Positions 29,701 to 40,627 are shown, numbered from the stretch's first letter. The stretch: 64,000 nt of DNA from Candidatus Cloacimonadales bacterium (GCA_963662275.1 OY759316.1:2400001-2464000), one strand, 5' to 3'. The notes: generated from the letters alone by a model not told the origin. Program-made: numbers and translations.

Positions 29701-31832
29701 GTCTGGCTTCAGGTACAATCGATTCTCTGCTCGTTCAAAACTATCATTTTGGAATTGAACTTTCAGGAAATCAGCAACTTTCCATAGAAAATAGCGATTT
29801 TATTAATTGCAGCACTGTGCTTAAGGATAACCAAAACCAGTCAACTCATTCGCTTCGCAATAATTTGGTTTATCGAAATGGTATGTTTGGTGGAATTGTA
29901 GTGGCTCCTGCTCTTGAACTTACCTCTGCAGCAAACCTGGATGTCAGCAACAACACCATTCACAATTATCCAAATATACTCAATGCTGCCAGTTCATCGA
30001 GTCTTTCCTTCTGGCAAAATATCGCCTGGTGTGTTAATCCGACTGCCAGTCCGATAACGTTAGCAGGTGGTTCCACAATCAACGCCACATATAACGATAT
30101 TGCTCTGCAAAATGGTATCTTTCCAGGAATAGGCAACATCAATGCCAATCCATTGTACGTAAATGCAAACTCAGCCAATTTCTACTTGGATGTCTATAGT
30201 CCCTGTATCAATACAGGAAATCCAGTAAATCCAACTGATCCTGATGGTTCTAGAGCAGATATGGGAGCAATACCGTATGATCAGACAACAATGCCGTTAA
30301 TTGCAGATTTCTATTGTGATTCAGTTTCCGGGCAGCATCCCCTCGCTGTACATTTTACAAATCACTCCACATTCAATGCCAACACTTGGAACTGGGATTT
30401 CAATGGTGATAACATAACAGACAGCAATGTTGAAAATCCTTCATGGATCTATACTATACCCGGAATATATTCAGTTAAACTGACTGTTACGAGTAACGAT
30501 AGTACAAAAACCAAGATTCTTTCAAACTACATAACTGTGCTCAACTCAGCTCCCATGATTACCTTGGATATACCGGATCTGGTAGAATCAGAAGACTTCA
30601 CAGAATTCCAGTTCGATTTAAACAATTACTTTGCTGACGCTAACGGAGACGCTCTGAGTTTCTCCTTCGTGAAAGACTCTGAAATCGTCAATGCATCACT
30701 AGCTCAAGGTATTCTCACGATCAGCAGCGTTCCTACTTTGAACGGAACAGTTAATTTTACAGTAACTGCCAATGATGGGTTGGCATCTTTATCAAAGCAA
30801 AAAAATGAACAGGGCATATTGCCATATGTCCCTACATTAAAAGAACAACCTCAAAAAGTATCTCTTACTTATAAGACGGGTGTATTGCCATGCGTCCCTA
30901 CTTCACCCAATCGGGCATCTGTTTCAAATTCCTTCATACTAACAGTCACACCTGTTAATAATCCTCCTGTGATTACTGGGATGCCATCTTCTTTCACATT
31001 TGATGAGGATGGTTCGCTGCAAATCAACGTTGGACAATATGTTTCTGATATTGACAGCTCTGTCCTCAGTCTTTCCATCAGTGATAATGAGCATATCACG
31101 GCTGAAGTTAATCAATTAAATGTTCTTTTACATGCACAAGCAAACTGGTCGGGTACTGAGCAACTCACATTTATAGTCAGCGATAATTCCACACTTGCGA
31201 AACTGAATCACCGTGCTGAAACATCAGTGATATGTACAATCATCGTGAATCCTGTCAATGACCCGCCCGTTATTACTGTTCATAATCCGGCAGATTCACT
31301 TGTCAGTGTTATGAGTGGTACAACAGTGAATTTTTCGGTAACTGCGACTGATATCGATAGCCAGATCAGCTATGCCTGGTTTGTAGATAATATCAACCAG
31401 CATATATCCACAAACACATTCAGTCATCAGTTTATAGGTGCGAATTCACATACAGTTAAGTTAGTTCTGAACGACAATGCAGGTGCTGTATTACAGTTAA
31501 TCTGGCATGTGCAGGTAACTGTTGGAAACGACGATAACACGGCACCTCCGTTAGTTACACAATTATACCAGAACCAGCCGAATCCTTTCTCCGATAATAC
31601 AGTCATTAACTACAGCATTAAGGAACCGGGAGTAGTCAAACTGTCAGTTTACAATATGCGTGGACAATTGGTGAAGGTTCTTTACGCTGCTGATAAAAAG
31701 AGCGGATTTTATTCTGTGAAATGGAACGGCAAGAATGAACTTGGTAATTCAGTCACAGAAGGTGTATATATTTTGAGATTTGAAACAAATGGTATAACCG
31801 ATTCAAAGAAGGTATTAGTCCTTAGACGATGA
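26715..31832 (+). CDS. Large surface protein: FN3-associated/chitobiase-C-like domains, Ig-like tandem repeats, PKD domains, beta-helix, FlgD-Ig CTD
   Basis: IRYTLDGSEP-type motif x2; DPDSDPLT; WDFNNDG and WDFNGD PKD motifs; SPCINTG..DPDGSRADMGA; QNQPNPF...WNGKN...GVYILR. Confidence 0.9.
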   Translation: MRRILALFIFIFTLSFLYAAGLPHLVTGTVVNSGTLTHPSSIQVKINYQGSDYYWQWTAQANTLKGSLYNSGTGEFCIQVSDVNSYNTGNVAQLTIKGNDGSQATASLTKSSTSRTSIGTIEIGTNTNPNLATTPIPANEATNVSISTSQISWTYAHDALYTDPTGFKVYFDTISPPINQLTSVTGTTGTFSSPIPPLLNGTTYYWKVVPFNGGGDAINCPVWSFTTIQSTVANIVFNPQSGTYQAAQSVILTTTTLGAEIRYTLDGSEPNEASTLYSTPINIPLNTTVMIKAKAYKTNWIPSLTYSASYVVTGQVSLTMPVFIPPSGTYSMPQLVTLNTITNPAGAELRYTADGTNPITSSQLYSSAIQIPVGTTALKVKAFLTNWLPSDTETAFYTVTGIDVNPYLATLPIPENGASNVPLSTNQISWSYAHNTSYSDPTGFKVYFGMDALPGTYTYVAGSVGTFSLPVTLVSGGHYYWKVVPTTSGRKHSSKQEVETRGDAVGAVVWDFTAHILNQPPTIVLPNSFTINQNEVTTIDFSSFLSDPDSDPLTLSVIGNNHINVTIDNLIVSFTPQTNWVGNENLTFTVNDGVMQNLRNTASDVITIQVRNPLIVDFMTNSTLNNNVVANDQQTILTFNTSTNLPLTSYQWDFNNDGNIDSTLPTPTWLYTSPGTMSVALTASDGIHVSTIIKSDYINVLPGVLVPPTIENNNVVWTEEGGPYNVTGEMLFNSGANLTIMPNTQVNMLVDSLIVINGNINASNANFTAYGENGWGGLVLNPSSTNSTISGLTLLGAATGITINGCNPILSNLNLTGASSLRTPTTAIVISGDANPVISNIQINNFASGIKATNSSATNVALNMNNISIQQNNLAPSVTDIGIELTGNYSTEIDYIDIIGYHDGITITGVDAAARQARLTNVRVIRTEASSRDLGKAIFINNMNNIFIENDSLSGFSTGIEIANNTTTQAIVNISNTAINKSPAQTLTDIAVKITGLASGTIDSLLVQNYHFGIELSGNQQLSIENSDFINCSTVLKDNQNQSTHSLRNNLVYRNGMFGGIVVAPALELTSAANLDVSNNTIHNYPNILNAASSSSLSFWQNIAWCVNPTASPITLAGGSTINATYNDIALQNGIFPGIGNINANPLYVNANSANFYLDVYSPCINTGNPVNPTDPDGSRADMGAIPYDQTTMPLIADFYCDSVSGQHPLAVHFTNHSTFNANTWNWDFNGDNITDSNVENPSWIYTIPGIYSVKLTVTSNDSTKTKILSNYITVLNSAPMITLDIPDLVESEDFTEFQFDLNNYFADANGDALSFSFVKDSEIVNASLAQGILTISSVPTLNGTVNFTVTANDGLASLSKQKNEQGILPYVPTLKEQPQKVSLTYKTGVLPCVPTSPNRASVSNSFILTVTPVNNPPVITGMPSSFTFDEDGSLQINVGQYVSDIDSSVLSLSISDNEHITAEVNQLNVLLHAQANWSGTEQLTFIVSDNSTLAKLNHRAETSVICTIIVNPVNDPPVITVHNPADSLVSVMSGTTVNFSVTATDIDSQISYAWFVDNINQHISTNTFSHQFIGANSHTVKLVLNDNAGAVLQLIWHVQVTVGNDDNTAPPLVTQLYQNQPNPFSDNTVINYSIKEPGVVKLSVYNMRGQLVKVLYAADKKSGFYSVKWNGKNELGNSVTEGVYILRFETNGITDSKKVLVLRR

Positions 31833-31988
31833 CCCCGACTTTAACCCAAAATGAATATCATGATTTATAGCAAGCTCTAAGCAAGTTCGAGCCTAGCTAA
31901 AATATAGTTTATACCAAGCTCGCGAACTTGGAATAAATCATTGAGACTATGGAGATCGAGACTAAGCTATTCCCTTCTGCCAAATGTC

Positions 31989-32177
31989 TTATACAAGTTT
32001 CTCTTTTTTAAGGATATTCGTAAATCTCGTCATCGAAATATAGTGGTCTGCGAGAATTCTTCCGTTATATATCAAGCTGAAGCTTGTATTGGGAGTGGGC
32101 GCATTCTGTGCTTCAATAGGTGTCTTGAGTTCTGTTGTATTGATTGTAAGACCCTTAGTATGAACAAAAACATCCAT
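31989..32177 (-). pseudogene. Probable remnant: YoaP-like C-terminal domain, normally part of a longer GNAT protein
   Basis: EAQNAPTPNTSFSLIYNGRILADHYISMTRFTNIL resembles the YoaP-like consensus as recalled; only 62 aa and no upstream GNAT part. Confidence 0.55.
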
Positions 32178-32333
32178 CTTTCGAGTCGCTGCATCCCTTA
32201 AAAAGCGACCTACCCACCTCTTCCTAAGAGGCGTTGCGTTTCTATTCCCTATTACCTAATCCGGTGCATCTCGATACATCAGCTAAAGCAGACACTCGAT
32301 GAACCGGTATCACCCGTTACCTGTCACCTGTTT

Positions 32334-34358
32334 TTACATCTCCAGATATTTAAACACAAATGACCAGACATCAGCAGTTAATTCCAATCTTTTAGTCATA
32401 CTGCTTCCACCATGTGCAGATTCAATTTGTGTATAAAGAAGGAGAGGTAAATCCTGGTTTGCATGTTCCTGCAGAGTAGCAGCAAATTTGAAAGAATGTC
32501 CAGGAATCACACGATCATCATGATCGGCAGTAACAACCATAGTAGCAGGATATTTCACATCATCCCTAACATTATGAAGAGGTGAGTATTTGAGAAGATT
32601 GTGGAAATGTGCTTCTTCATCTGGATTTCCATATTCAACCATCCAACCCCAACCGCAGGTAAATTTGTGATATCTGAGCATATCCAGGACTCCCATCATG
32701 GGGAATGCTACTTTGAATAATTCGGGTCTCTGGAGCATACAGGCACCTACTAATAGACCTCCATTGGATCCGCCGGAAATGGCTATTTTATTTGGATTCG
32801 TGTAGCCTTCACTGATCAGATATTCTGCTGCACTAATAAAATCATCAAAAACATTTTACTTTTTAAACAGCATTCCCTGTTCATGCCAGGTTTCACCGTA
32901 TTCTCCCCCACCCCGAAGATTGGCAACCACATAAATACCACCTTTCTCTAAATATAGGATGCGATCTTCACTAAAATAGGGCAACATAGATACATTAAAT
33001 CCGCCATATCCATATAAATAAACCGGATTATTCTTATTCTTTTCCATCCCCCGTTTATAGATAAGGGTCATAGGAATATGAGTACCATCCTTTGAAGGAA
33101 AATAGATCTGTTCTGAAACAATGTCCTTCACATCAGCTTTTATTGGATAGGTATAATAAAAATCGAGTTTGTTATTTGGAATATCGTAGTGATACATTTC
33201 ATCAGGACGAATATAGGAAGAGAAATACATAAATCCTTCCCTATCTTCCTTTTTTGCATAAACAATTTGAGCAGTCCCCTGGTAGGGCATTTTGATTTCA
33301 TTCAGGAACTTGCCGTTTAAATCCAGCACTTCAATATGTGATTGTACATCCTTTATGAAAAAAGCAATGATCTTTTCACCTACAATTTCTACTGTATCCA
33401 ATAAGTAATCTCTCTCAGGAATAACTTCAATCCAGTTATGTTCCTCCGGATTGGTTAAATTGACCATGAAAAGTTTATAATTCTTCGCATTCTTGTTTGT
33501 GAAGAGGTAAAAGTTGTCTTTTTCATAAGCATCTATGATACCGGCATTATATTCAAAACCTTCAAATATGCATTGAATTTCTGAATTATCGTCTTCCAGG
33601 TTCTTATAACTTAAACTGTTTCCCTGGGTTCCTTCTGATGTATGAATAATCAGATACTTTTCATCATCAGAAACATGAGCGAAATTGTATCTTAATGGAT
33701 GTTCGAGATCTTCGAAGATAAGAGTATCATTTTCTTTTACATCCCCTAATTTATGATAATAGATTTTCTGATTCTTATTCTGCTTCTGGTAGTCTTCATC
33801 TTCATCATAACGACTATAAAAATACCCGCTTTTATACCAGGCTGCACCAGTTTGACGAATATTGAGAAGCTTGTCTTCATGGAATGTTTTTGTTTCAGTT
33901 TCCATAATCCAAAACTCACCGGCATCTGCACCAGCCTTGGATATCATATAGACAAAATACTGATTATCTTTGGAACGTCCAACGACTTGAGCTGTTGTTG
34001 TGCCATCATCTGATAAAGTATTGGGATCAAAAAACAACTCAGCTTCACTGTCCAGCGTTCTTTTACGATAAGTCACATATTGGTTCTGCAAACCATCGTT
34101 CTTGGCAAAATAATACCAGTTTCCTCTTTTCAAAGGACAGCCTTGTCTTTCATAATCATAGAGTTCTTTAAATCTGTTCAAAATACTCTTTCTATCTGGA
34201 TACTCATTCAGCATTGATTCCGTTAAGGCTTGCTGTTCCAGTACCCAAGCTTGTGTTTCTTCTGAATGATCATCTTCCAGCCAACGATAGGGATCGCTTA
34301 TTTTAACACCAAAGATTTCTTCTGTGATTGATTCTTTTCTGGTGGATGGGTATTGCAT
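32334..34358 (-). pseudogene. Prolyl oligopeptidase (S9A) interrupted by one in-frame TAA at 32856-32858
   Basis: DPYRWLED...LRGGGEYGETWH..GMLFKK*NVFDDFISAAEYL...GGSNGGLLVGA...DHDDRV...AH; both track ORFs share one frame. Confidence 0.9.
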
Positions 34359-34517
34359 GTTTTCTCCTCAATATTCAATGTACAAATTTCTGAATTAGTT
34401 ACGGTATCTAGTGAGACATTGTCAAGCAGCTTTATCATTTTTTAATGGATACACTCCTTTTCCAGAAAAATCTTCCCTGTAAATTATCAGATTTATTGGA
34501 ATTGGGAGATAACTCGC

Positions 34518-34548
34518 AAAAAAAGAGGGATAGATTAATCTATCCCTC
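34518..34548 (-). terminator. Intrinsic terminator of 34611..36725
   Basis: Perfect palindrome GAGGGATAGATTAATCTATCCCTC followed by T7 on the minus strand. Confidence 0.75.
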
Positions 34549-34610
34549 GTAAACTGAAGTTATTTACAAATGATCATTTTGTGGTCAAAACTAGCATAAT
34601 ATCAGGATTA

Positions 34611-36725
34611 CTATTTTACTAAGACGATCTTCTTTGTAGAATCGAACTTACCAGCAATCATGCGATAGAAATATACTCCACTTCCAACCGGGTTTCCATT
34701 TTCATCAGAACCATTCCATACTAAATGATGGTGTCCTGCATACAAGTCTTGAGAAGTTAAGGTCATTATTTTCTGACCTTTTACATTATAAATCGTAATA
34801 TTCACAAAACTTTCTGTCTGGAGATCAAACGAGATATTTGTTTCCGGATTGAATGGATTCGGATAAGCATTATTCAATTGGATAGCTTCTACGGGAATAA
34901 CGGGAAGAGTACCCGGATCACCCTGTTCAAGAACATTCACTAACACTGGACCTCTAAATGTACTGGTTCCATTGTAATCTACATTTTCCAACCAGTAATA
35001 GTATGTTCTAGAAGCTTCTATATTGTTATCATCATTAAAATTATACGTGTGATTTGAAGATGTATTCGTTCCCTGGATAAGATGAGCATTTTGGTTGATG
35101 GCAGTAGCTAAACTCTCATTGTTTGAGCGTAGTATATTAAATCCAAGATTATTTGTCTCAGATTCCGTTACCCATTGTAAGTTTACTAATAATTGTGTGG
35201 TTGACGATGTAGCTGTGAAGGATGATAATTCGACCGGAAGATCGTAATCGGAACTCAGAATTAATTCAAAGGTCGCTTCGCCATTTGTCTCGAATCCTGG
35301 GATAGTTCTAATGGTTAATATTCCATTTGAATAGGAGGAACCTGTAAAAGGAGCCATTCCTAATGTGTAATTGTTTGATGATTGTCCGGTAGAACCCCCA
35401 TTGAAAGCATAGCCTTGAGTAGGAACATAACCTGTATCCGGATGATTGACGGGATAAAAACCATTGTTGCTTCCCCCCCAATGAATTGCTACATACTTAT
35501 AATTCAAGCTTGGATCATATGCAAAACTAATGGTTCCACCATTTAATATACTGCTGTCACTTACCCATGCCTGATAGACTGTAACAACATTTTGATAACC
35601 ATGATAAGTAAAAACACTTCCAGTTGAAGGTGTGTATTCAGTGAAAACAATAACACCTCCATTTGAAACAGGTCCGGCGATTCCTGTAACAGCCACACTT
35701 CCAGTATTCGGAACAGAGATTGGACAACTAGCAGAATTGTCCATAATGAGAGTACTTCTGGCAGGACCACCACCCTCAGTGTAAACAGGATTTGTGTAAT
35801 CGAATTCGTACGTACCTGATTCTGATATAATCATAGTCGAAGGTGTGACTTGAGTTTCAATATCCATGACTCCAAAAACATAGGAACCACAGGGTAAAGT
35901 AAATACGTGCTCAGTTGTGAAACCTGTATTAACTCCATCAATGTATATTTGCACTCCTGGAACATTAGATTTAACTAGTACTTCGATCATTGGAACAATA
36001 ACTTCACCGCTAACAACTTTGCTAGTTGGAGCAACTGATGTACTGGTAAAGGAGATATTACCGTCAAATATGCCTTGGGTCTCACCTGTTAAACGGACAA
36101 ATACATCACCATTGAAAGTTGGAGGAAGAGAGAGTGAAGATGTCCATGTACCTTCGCTGCTTGTAGAATATTCATATCCATTTACAGCAGCGATATTGAT
36201 ATTCGAAATTAGATGTGATCCAGACACAACAACAGATTGGGGCGCTGAGGGTGTTCCAATATCGGTGGAAAAAGGACTGAATGATCCTGTTACGTTTAGG
36301 ACAGGTGTATTTACTGTACCGATAACTGCCCTATCAACTTCAGTTGCGTACATACTTGTAAATGCAACATTACCGTTATATGAACCTGCTGTTTCACCTG
36401 TCAGACGTACATACACTCTACCATTATAGGTTGTAGGAAGAGACAATGAAGAAGTCCACTGACCACCACCGGTTGTTGAATATTCAAACCCAGCAACAGC
36501 TCCAACATGGATACCTTCATACATATACGATCCTGAAACCTCGACAGATTGAACAGCAGAAGGTGTACCGACAATAGTTGAAAATGGGGTAAACGAACCG
36601 TTTACATTGATTACTGGTAAACGGACCATGTCACTGATTTGGGGTACAGCATCGATTGGATTAGAAGCTGATACTGTAACTGCCAATGAGAGATATAGTA
36701 TTACAAAAAAAACAAATCTTTTCAT
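34611..36725 (-). CDS. Secreted protein: two Ig-like repeats, PEGA-like domain, LPVELSSF module, FlgD-Ig CTD
   Basis: Duplicated NV.GSF.PFST..GTPSA.QSV.VSG; SNVPGVQIYIDG; LPVELSSF; AYPNPFNPET. Confidence 0.88.
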   Translation of the reverse strand: MKRFVFFVILYLSLAVTVSASNPIDAVPQISDMVRLPVINVNGSFTPFSTIVGTPSAVQSVEVSGSYMYEGIHVGAVAGFEYSTTGGGQWTSSLSLPTTYNGRVYVRLTGETAGSYNGNVAFTSMYATEVDRAVIGTVNTPVLNVTGSFSPFSTDIGTPSAPQSVVVSGSHLISNINIAAVNGYEYSTSSEGTWTSSLSLPPTFNGDVFVRLTGETQGIFDGNISFTSTSVAPTSKVVSGEVIVPMIEVLVKSNVPGVQIYIDGVNTGFTTEHVFTLPCGSYVFGVMDIETQVTPSTMIISESGTYEFDYTNPVYTEGGGPARSTLIMDNSASCPISVPNTGSVAVTGIAGPVSNGGVIVFTEYTPSTGSVFTYHGYQNVVTVYQAWVSDSSILNGGTISFAYDPSLNYKYVAIHWGGSNNGFYPVNHPDTGYVPTQGYAFNGGSTGQSSNNYTLGMAPFTGSSYSNGILTIRTIPGFETNGEATFELILSSDYDLPVELSSFTATSSTTQLLVNLQWVTESETNNLGFNILRSNNESLATAINQNAHLIQGTNTSSNHTYNFNDDNNIEASRTYYYWLENVDYNGTSTFRGPVLVNVLEQGDPGTLPVIPVEAIQLNNAYPNPFNPETNISFDLQTESFVNITIYNVKGQKIMTLTSQDLYAGHHHLVWNGSDENGNPVGSGVYFYRMIAGKFDSTKKIVLVK

Positions 36726-36870
36726 TATAACTCCATATTATTTATTAGTTTTGGTGTCGTTAATTTTATAGTTTCGTACACAATATATATACTACGACAC
36801 GCAGTGTCTAAAACTATATTACTACATTTATGTCAATATATTTAATGTTAATCTAATTCATGTAATAAAG

Positions 36871-38731
36871 GAGACTGTTCAAAATTAACCTCCATTTTAC
36901 GCAGCCTTATTGGTAGTGACAGAGAAAAAGTGGTCTAAGTGCGACCAATCCACATTTTCTTGACATATGCGGGAGATATTTAAACTTGCTAAAAGTGATT
37001 CCTGACGCATGATTGGTTGACCTTTATCGACCAGTTCTTTGAACCAAAGCGAAAACACAAGGTTGCGGGTGGTTTCTTCAGATTTTAGTCCAAATCTACC
37101 GGATGTCACCTTCTTGATTTTGCGGTTCCAGCGTTCAGAGACATTGGAAGTCAAACCTTTGCTGAGGTGTCTCCAATCACTAATGATATTGCTTTTGATG
37201 TATTCGGCGGCGGTTGGGGGAGTAATAGCTGTCAGGCTTGCGATACCCTTTTTCCTTCCGCCCGCCGTTTCTCTTCGGAAAGCTTTCATAATCCTCTTCT
37301 TAAAGAACTTGTCCCTGTCTTCAGGGAGATGACATTGACTGATTCTTTTGAAGAGATTTCGTATCTTATGGAACTTACAGAGTTGGTAATGGACTTTTGG
37401 AAACACTGTTTTTCTTGCAACTGCTAACGATTTACTGCCATCACTGACAATCAGGGTTGGATCTTTCCTGTAGAGCTGTCTGAAGGTTCTGAAACATGCT
37501 TCGAATGATTCTTTCTTTGTGTCAGGATACAACTCACAAAACAGAGGGATGTGAGTCACAAAATCAACAATACTGATGACATAGTACGGAATACCTTTGA
37601 TCTTCACATATTTCTCATCAATGCTGATCTTTCCGCTCCACTTACCGATTGAGTTCAGAATCAGGCTCTGCAGGTCAGCGATTTCATGCCAGAGATTTGA
37701 GACTGTAGCTTTACAGGTGTTGAGCAGCAAAGCTATCGTCTCGAAGTTCATACCGCTTCCAACCAGGTAATGTACCAGCAGACACAGGTTCTTGCGTTCC
37801 AGACTATGGAACGGCTTTGCATCGGCGGTTCTATGGGATGTATTGCCTTTAGCAGTCTTCATTTGTTCCAGGAGTCTGTCACAGATAACAGGTGTATTCT
37901 GCTGACCGGCAAGCAGTTTCAGCAGATGTACAGCATCACCGCCTACTGTCTTTTTCAGAAGAAGCTTCTGAGCTTGCTTAACTACAGACAGAGAATTGAC
38001 CTGAGAAGCATATTTGCAGAAAGTGGTATAGGACATTTTAAAATCATGATGGCTGATGAACTCCTGATACATGACATTTAAAGGTAAAAGCAGGTTATTG
38101 ATAACAAAATTCTCGATCTGAGGAATACACTCCAGCAGGTCAACTTTCCGGCTTAAATATGCCAGGATATCATGACCATGCTGCTCAAACTCTTGCCAGA
38201 AATTATGTACATTCCTGCGGTCTGCGTAGTTAAACAGATCAGCTATTTGCTGAAGTGTAAGGAGGTTGTCTCCGCCTATTCCTACTAATAAGCGTAGAAA
38301 CGCTATTAAGAACTTGTGGTTTGATGTTGTCTCAGGCAAAGTGAATGAAAATGGTACGTTAATACTTACATGGTATTGGTTACTTTCATGACTAACACTT
38401 ACCGCTTCTTGAATTGGAGTGTTTTTTTGTCATAATATCCTCCCTTTTGTTACCAGGTAACAAATGCCATTGAAGCTATAGCAAAAAACTTGTAAAGAAC
38501 TATTTTATATGATTTTAACTACACATTTAGTCAGAAACGGCTTCGAAACATTACTTATAATCGCGTGTTTTTCAATTTTAGTCAAAAAGCTTAACTTGTG
38601 ATTTGGTGTCCTTAGCAGAGCTTATCTGTCAATTCTGGAAGGTATGTTAAATTATGACCGTTTCGACCACTTTTTTCAACTTGCTACTTTCTAACTTATT
38701 GAATATTATGAATAACTTCATGAACAGTCTC
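36871..38731 (-). mobile_element. 1861-bp DDE insertion sequence, copy 1 (IS256/IS6-like; family uncertain)
   Basis: 11-bp terminal IR GAGACTGTTCA; 8-bp TSD TAATAAAG at 36863-36870 and 38732-38739. Confidence 0.95.
36897..38339 (-). CDS. DDE transposase, copy 1; true start probably further upstream
   Basis: SIDEKY, IVSDGS, QLCKFH (CxxH), SNVSERWNR. Confidence 0.9.
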   Translation of the reverse strand: MPETTSNHKFLIAFLRLLVGIGGDNLLTLQQIADLFNYADRRNVHNFWQEFEQHGHDILAYLSRKVDLLECIPQIENFVINNLLLPLNVMYQEFISHHDFKMSYTTFCKYASQVNSLSVVKQAQKLLLKKTVGGDAVHLLKLLAGQQNTPVICDRLLEQMKTAKGNTSHRTADAKPFHSLERKNLCLLVHYLVGSGMNFETIALLLNTCKATVSNLWHEIADLQSLILNSIGKWSGKISIDEKYVKIKGIPYYVISIVDFVTHIPLFCELYPDTKKESFEACFRTFRQLYRKDPTLIVSDGSKSLAVARKTVFPKVHYQLCKFHKIRNLFKRISQCHLPEDRDKFFKKRIMKAFRRETAGGRKKGIASLTAITPPTAAEYIKSNIISDWRHLSKGLTSNVSERWNRKIKKVTSGRFGLKSEETTRNLVFSLWFKELVDKGQPIMRQESLLASLNISRICQENVDWSHLDHFFSVTTNKAA

Positions 38732-38807
38732 TAATAAAGTATGAGTATATTATATCAGCGCATTCAGTCGAACAACGGGGTCAATCCTGACACTCTGTGG
38801 AAATTAC

Positions 38808-38941
38808 ATGAAAGCTAAGTATCTGGAGTTCATTTGCCCTAGATAAATTTCTATGAAAAAGTAGCCAAAAGGGCAAGTGGACTTCATGATACGACCTTTC
38901 ATCCTCGGTAGCGAAAATCCTTTTCAGGGAAGTTCAAACCG
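38808..38941 (+). repeat. Dispersed structured element, copy B
   Basis: Aligns end to end with 21652-21787, with compensatory stem changes. Confidence 0.8.
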
Positions 38942-39136
38942 TCAAACAAATAGCACATTAACGGCTCTTAATAGATTACCGAGACATGACCGAGACATGA
39001 CCGAGACATGACCGAGACTTCTTTCGATAATGGCTTCGTTATGGTTCGTTCATTATTCCCTTCAATTTCCCTGATTTTTCAAGAGCCACTTTGGTGGATT
39101 AAGCGGTGAATTTATGAGTTCTATAAGCTACAATCA

Positions 39137-39580
39137 CTACGATACCCTGGTAAACACCGTAGTCTTCCCTAATAGTTTCACACCGAAATATATACGCAGT
39201 TCCAGTTCATTATGGTTCAGGAGTGTTGCTGAACATCGGTAGGTCTGTCCATTTGTTGGATAATACAGAATGCCGTTTTCGAACTTATTATCGCCTTGAA
39301 AAGTAAGCCCTGAAAGAGCTACAACATTGACCCGAGTACGATTACGAAACTTGGGATTAGGATGGTAGTTATCCAGCAAAGGCTTTCCTTCAGGATTCGT
39401 ATTATTCTTCAGCCAGATGATTTTTCCATAATAGATACTTCCCACACGGTAAACCTGAACTTTCGCATCTTTCGCATCCGTGAGCCAAACACCATTGATC
39501 TGATCAGGCACATATGTGTTACTTTCAATCGCAAAACACAATTGAGACAAAATAAATATTAGAATGAGCATAAACCTCAT
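39137..39580 (-). CDS. DUF2147-family secreted protein
   Basis: Signal peptide; INGVWLT...YYGKIIWL...D..HPNP..R.R...G.LYYP.NG.TY...LELR.Y.G..LLGKT. Confidence 0.85.
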   Translation of the reverse strand: MRFMLILIFILSQLCFAIESNTYVPDQINGVWLTDAKDAKVQVYRVGSIYYGKIIWLKNNTNPEGKPLLDNYHPNPKFRNRTRVNVVALSGLTFQGDNKFENGILYYPTNGQTYRCSATLLNHNELELRIYFGVKLLGKTTVFTRVS

Positions 39581-39973
39581 ACATTCTCCATATTATTTAT
39601 ATTCTAGTATTTCTATTATATTTATTAGCAAGCAAATTTCATAAATGGACAACTTCCAAAAACAGATAACATGGTCAAGTAGTAATCATTGTAATTATCA
39701 ATCTGCCTAACATATGGTACTTAACTCTCGAATTCGAATTAGATAATTACAGGCAAAAACTGATTTGTTTGAAAATAATATGCTAGATTCCTTTAACATA
39801 ATCTATAATAATAGCTGTTTACTCTTAGTTGTTGTTCTGACAGGAAAACGAATTAATATATATCATATGGGATTGAGAAAGCGCATATCAAGATCAATTC
39901 TCATGAACGCATTTGTATAAATTATATGTGATGTATCGTAGAAGATAGAATAATAGAAATTAGGAGTTAGAAA

Positions 39974-40627
39974 ATGAAACCATCTTTTGTAAAAATGATA
40001 AAAAGTAATTCGGGACTATGGCTTTTTGTATCCTTAACAATCCTGTTGTTGAGTATTCCCCTTTATGCAGTCCAGAATACTACTTTACAGAATAGTATAT
40101 CCGTGAATAATCTCCAGGCTGCCTATGCCAAAGAATTAAATGCACATACTTCATATCTTTTATATGCTCAAAAAGCTGATTCTGAAGGCTACGGAAAGCT
40201 GGCAGAACTCTTTCGTGTTCTGGCAAAATCAGAAAAAGTTCATGTAGAAAGATATGCCGGTATTTTGATTGATCTTGATATTACTCCAGTTGCAAATGAT
40301 TCTGTAGTTGTTGTCCTGACGACCAAAGAAAATCTGCGACAGGCAATTGAGGAAGAAAATTATGAAAACACTGTTCTTTATCCCAGTTTTGCACAGCAAG
40401 CAAGAAAAGACAAAATAAAATTTGCAAAAGCGGCATTTAGAGCTACCGGTGATGTTGAAGGTGTTCACGCTGTGCTTCTCAAACAAGCACAGAATAACAC
40501 AAAAAAATGGAAGAATCAAAATGTAACGTATTATGTCTGCCAAGTCTGTGGAGATGTATCCAAGTACAGACCAATGTTGTGTTCCGTCTGTTTATCCGCG
40601 GCAAAGAATATCAAGAAAGTGGACTGA
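39974..40627 (+). CDS. Rubrerythrin-family protein with an N-terminal signal-like segment
   Basis: NLQAAYAKELNA, EKVH, EEENYE...YPSF, EGVH, CQVCG...CSVC. Confidence 0.88.
   Translation: MKPSFVKMIKSNSGLWLFVSLTILLLSIPLYAVQNTTLQNSISVNNLQAAYAKELNAHTSYLLYAQKADSEGYGKLAELFRVLAKSEKVHVERYAGILIDLDITPVANDSVVVVLTTKENLRQAIEEENYENTVLYPSFAQQARKDKIKFAKAAFRATGDVEGVHAVLLKQAQNNTKKWKNQNVTYYVCQVCGDVSKYRPMLCSVCLSAAKNIKKVD

Noticed and set aside
32856..32858. Stop-codon recoding (selenocysteine, pyrrolysine or alternative code)
   Set aside because: The codon is TAA at a conserved Gln position, and TAA, TAG and TGA all end other genes normally.
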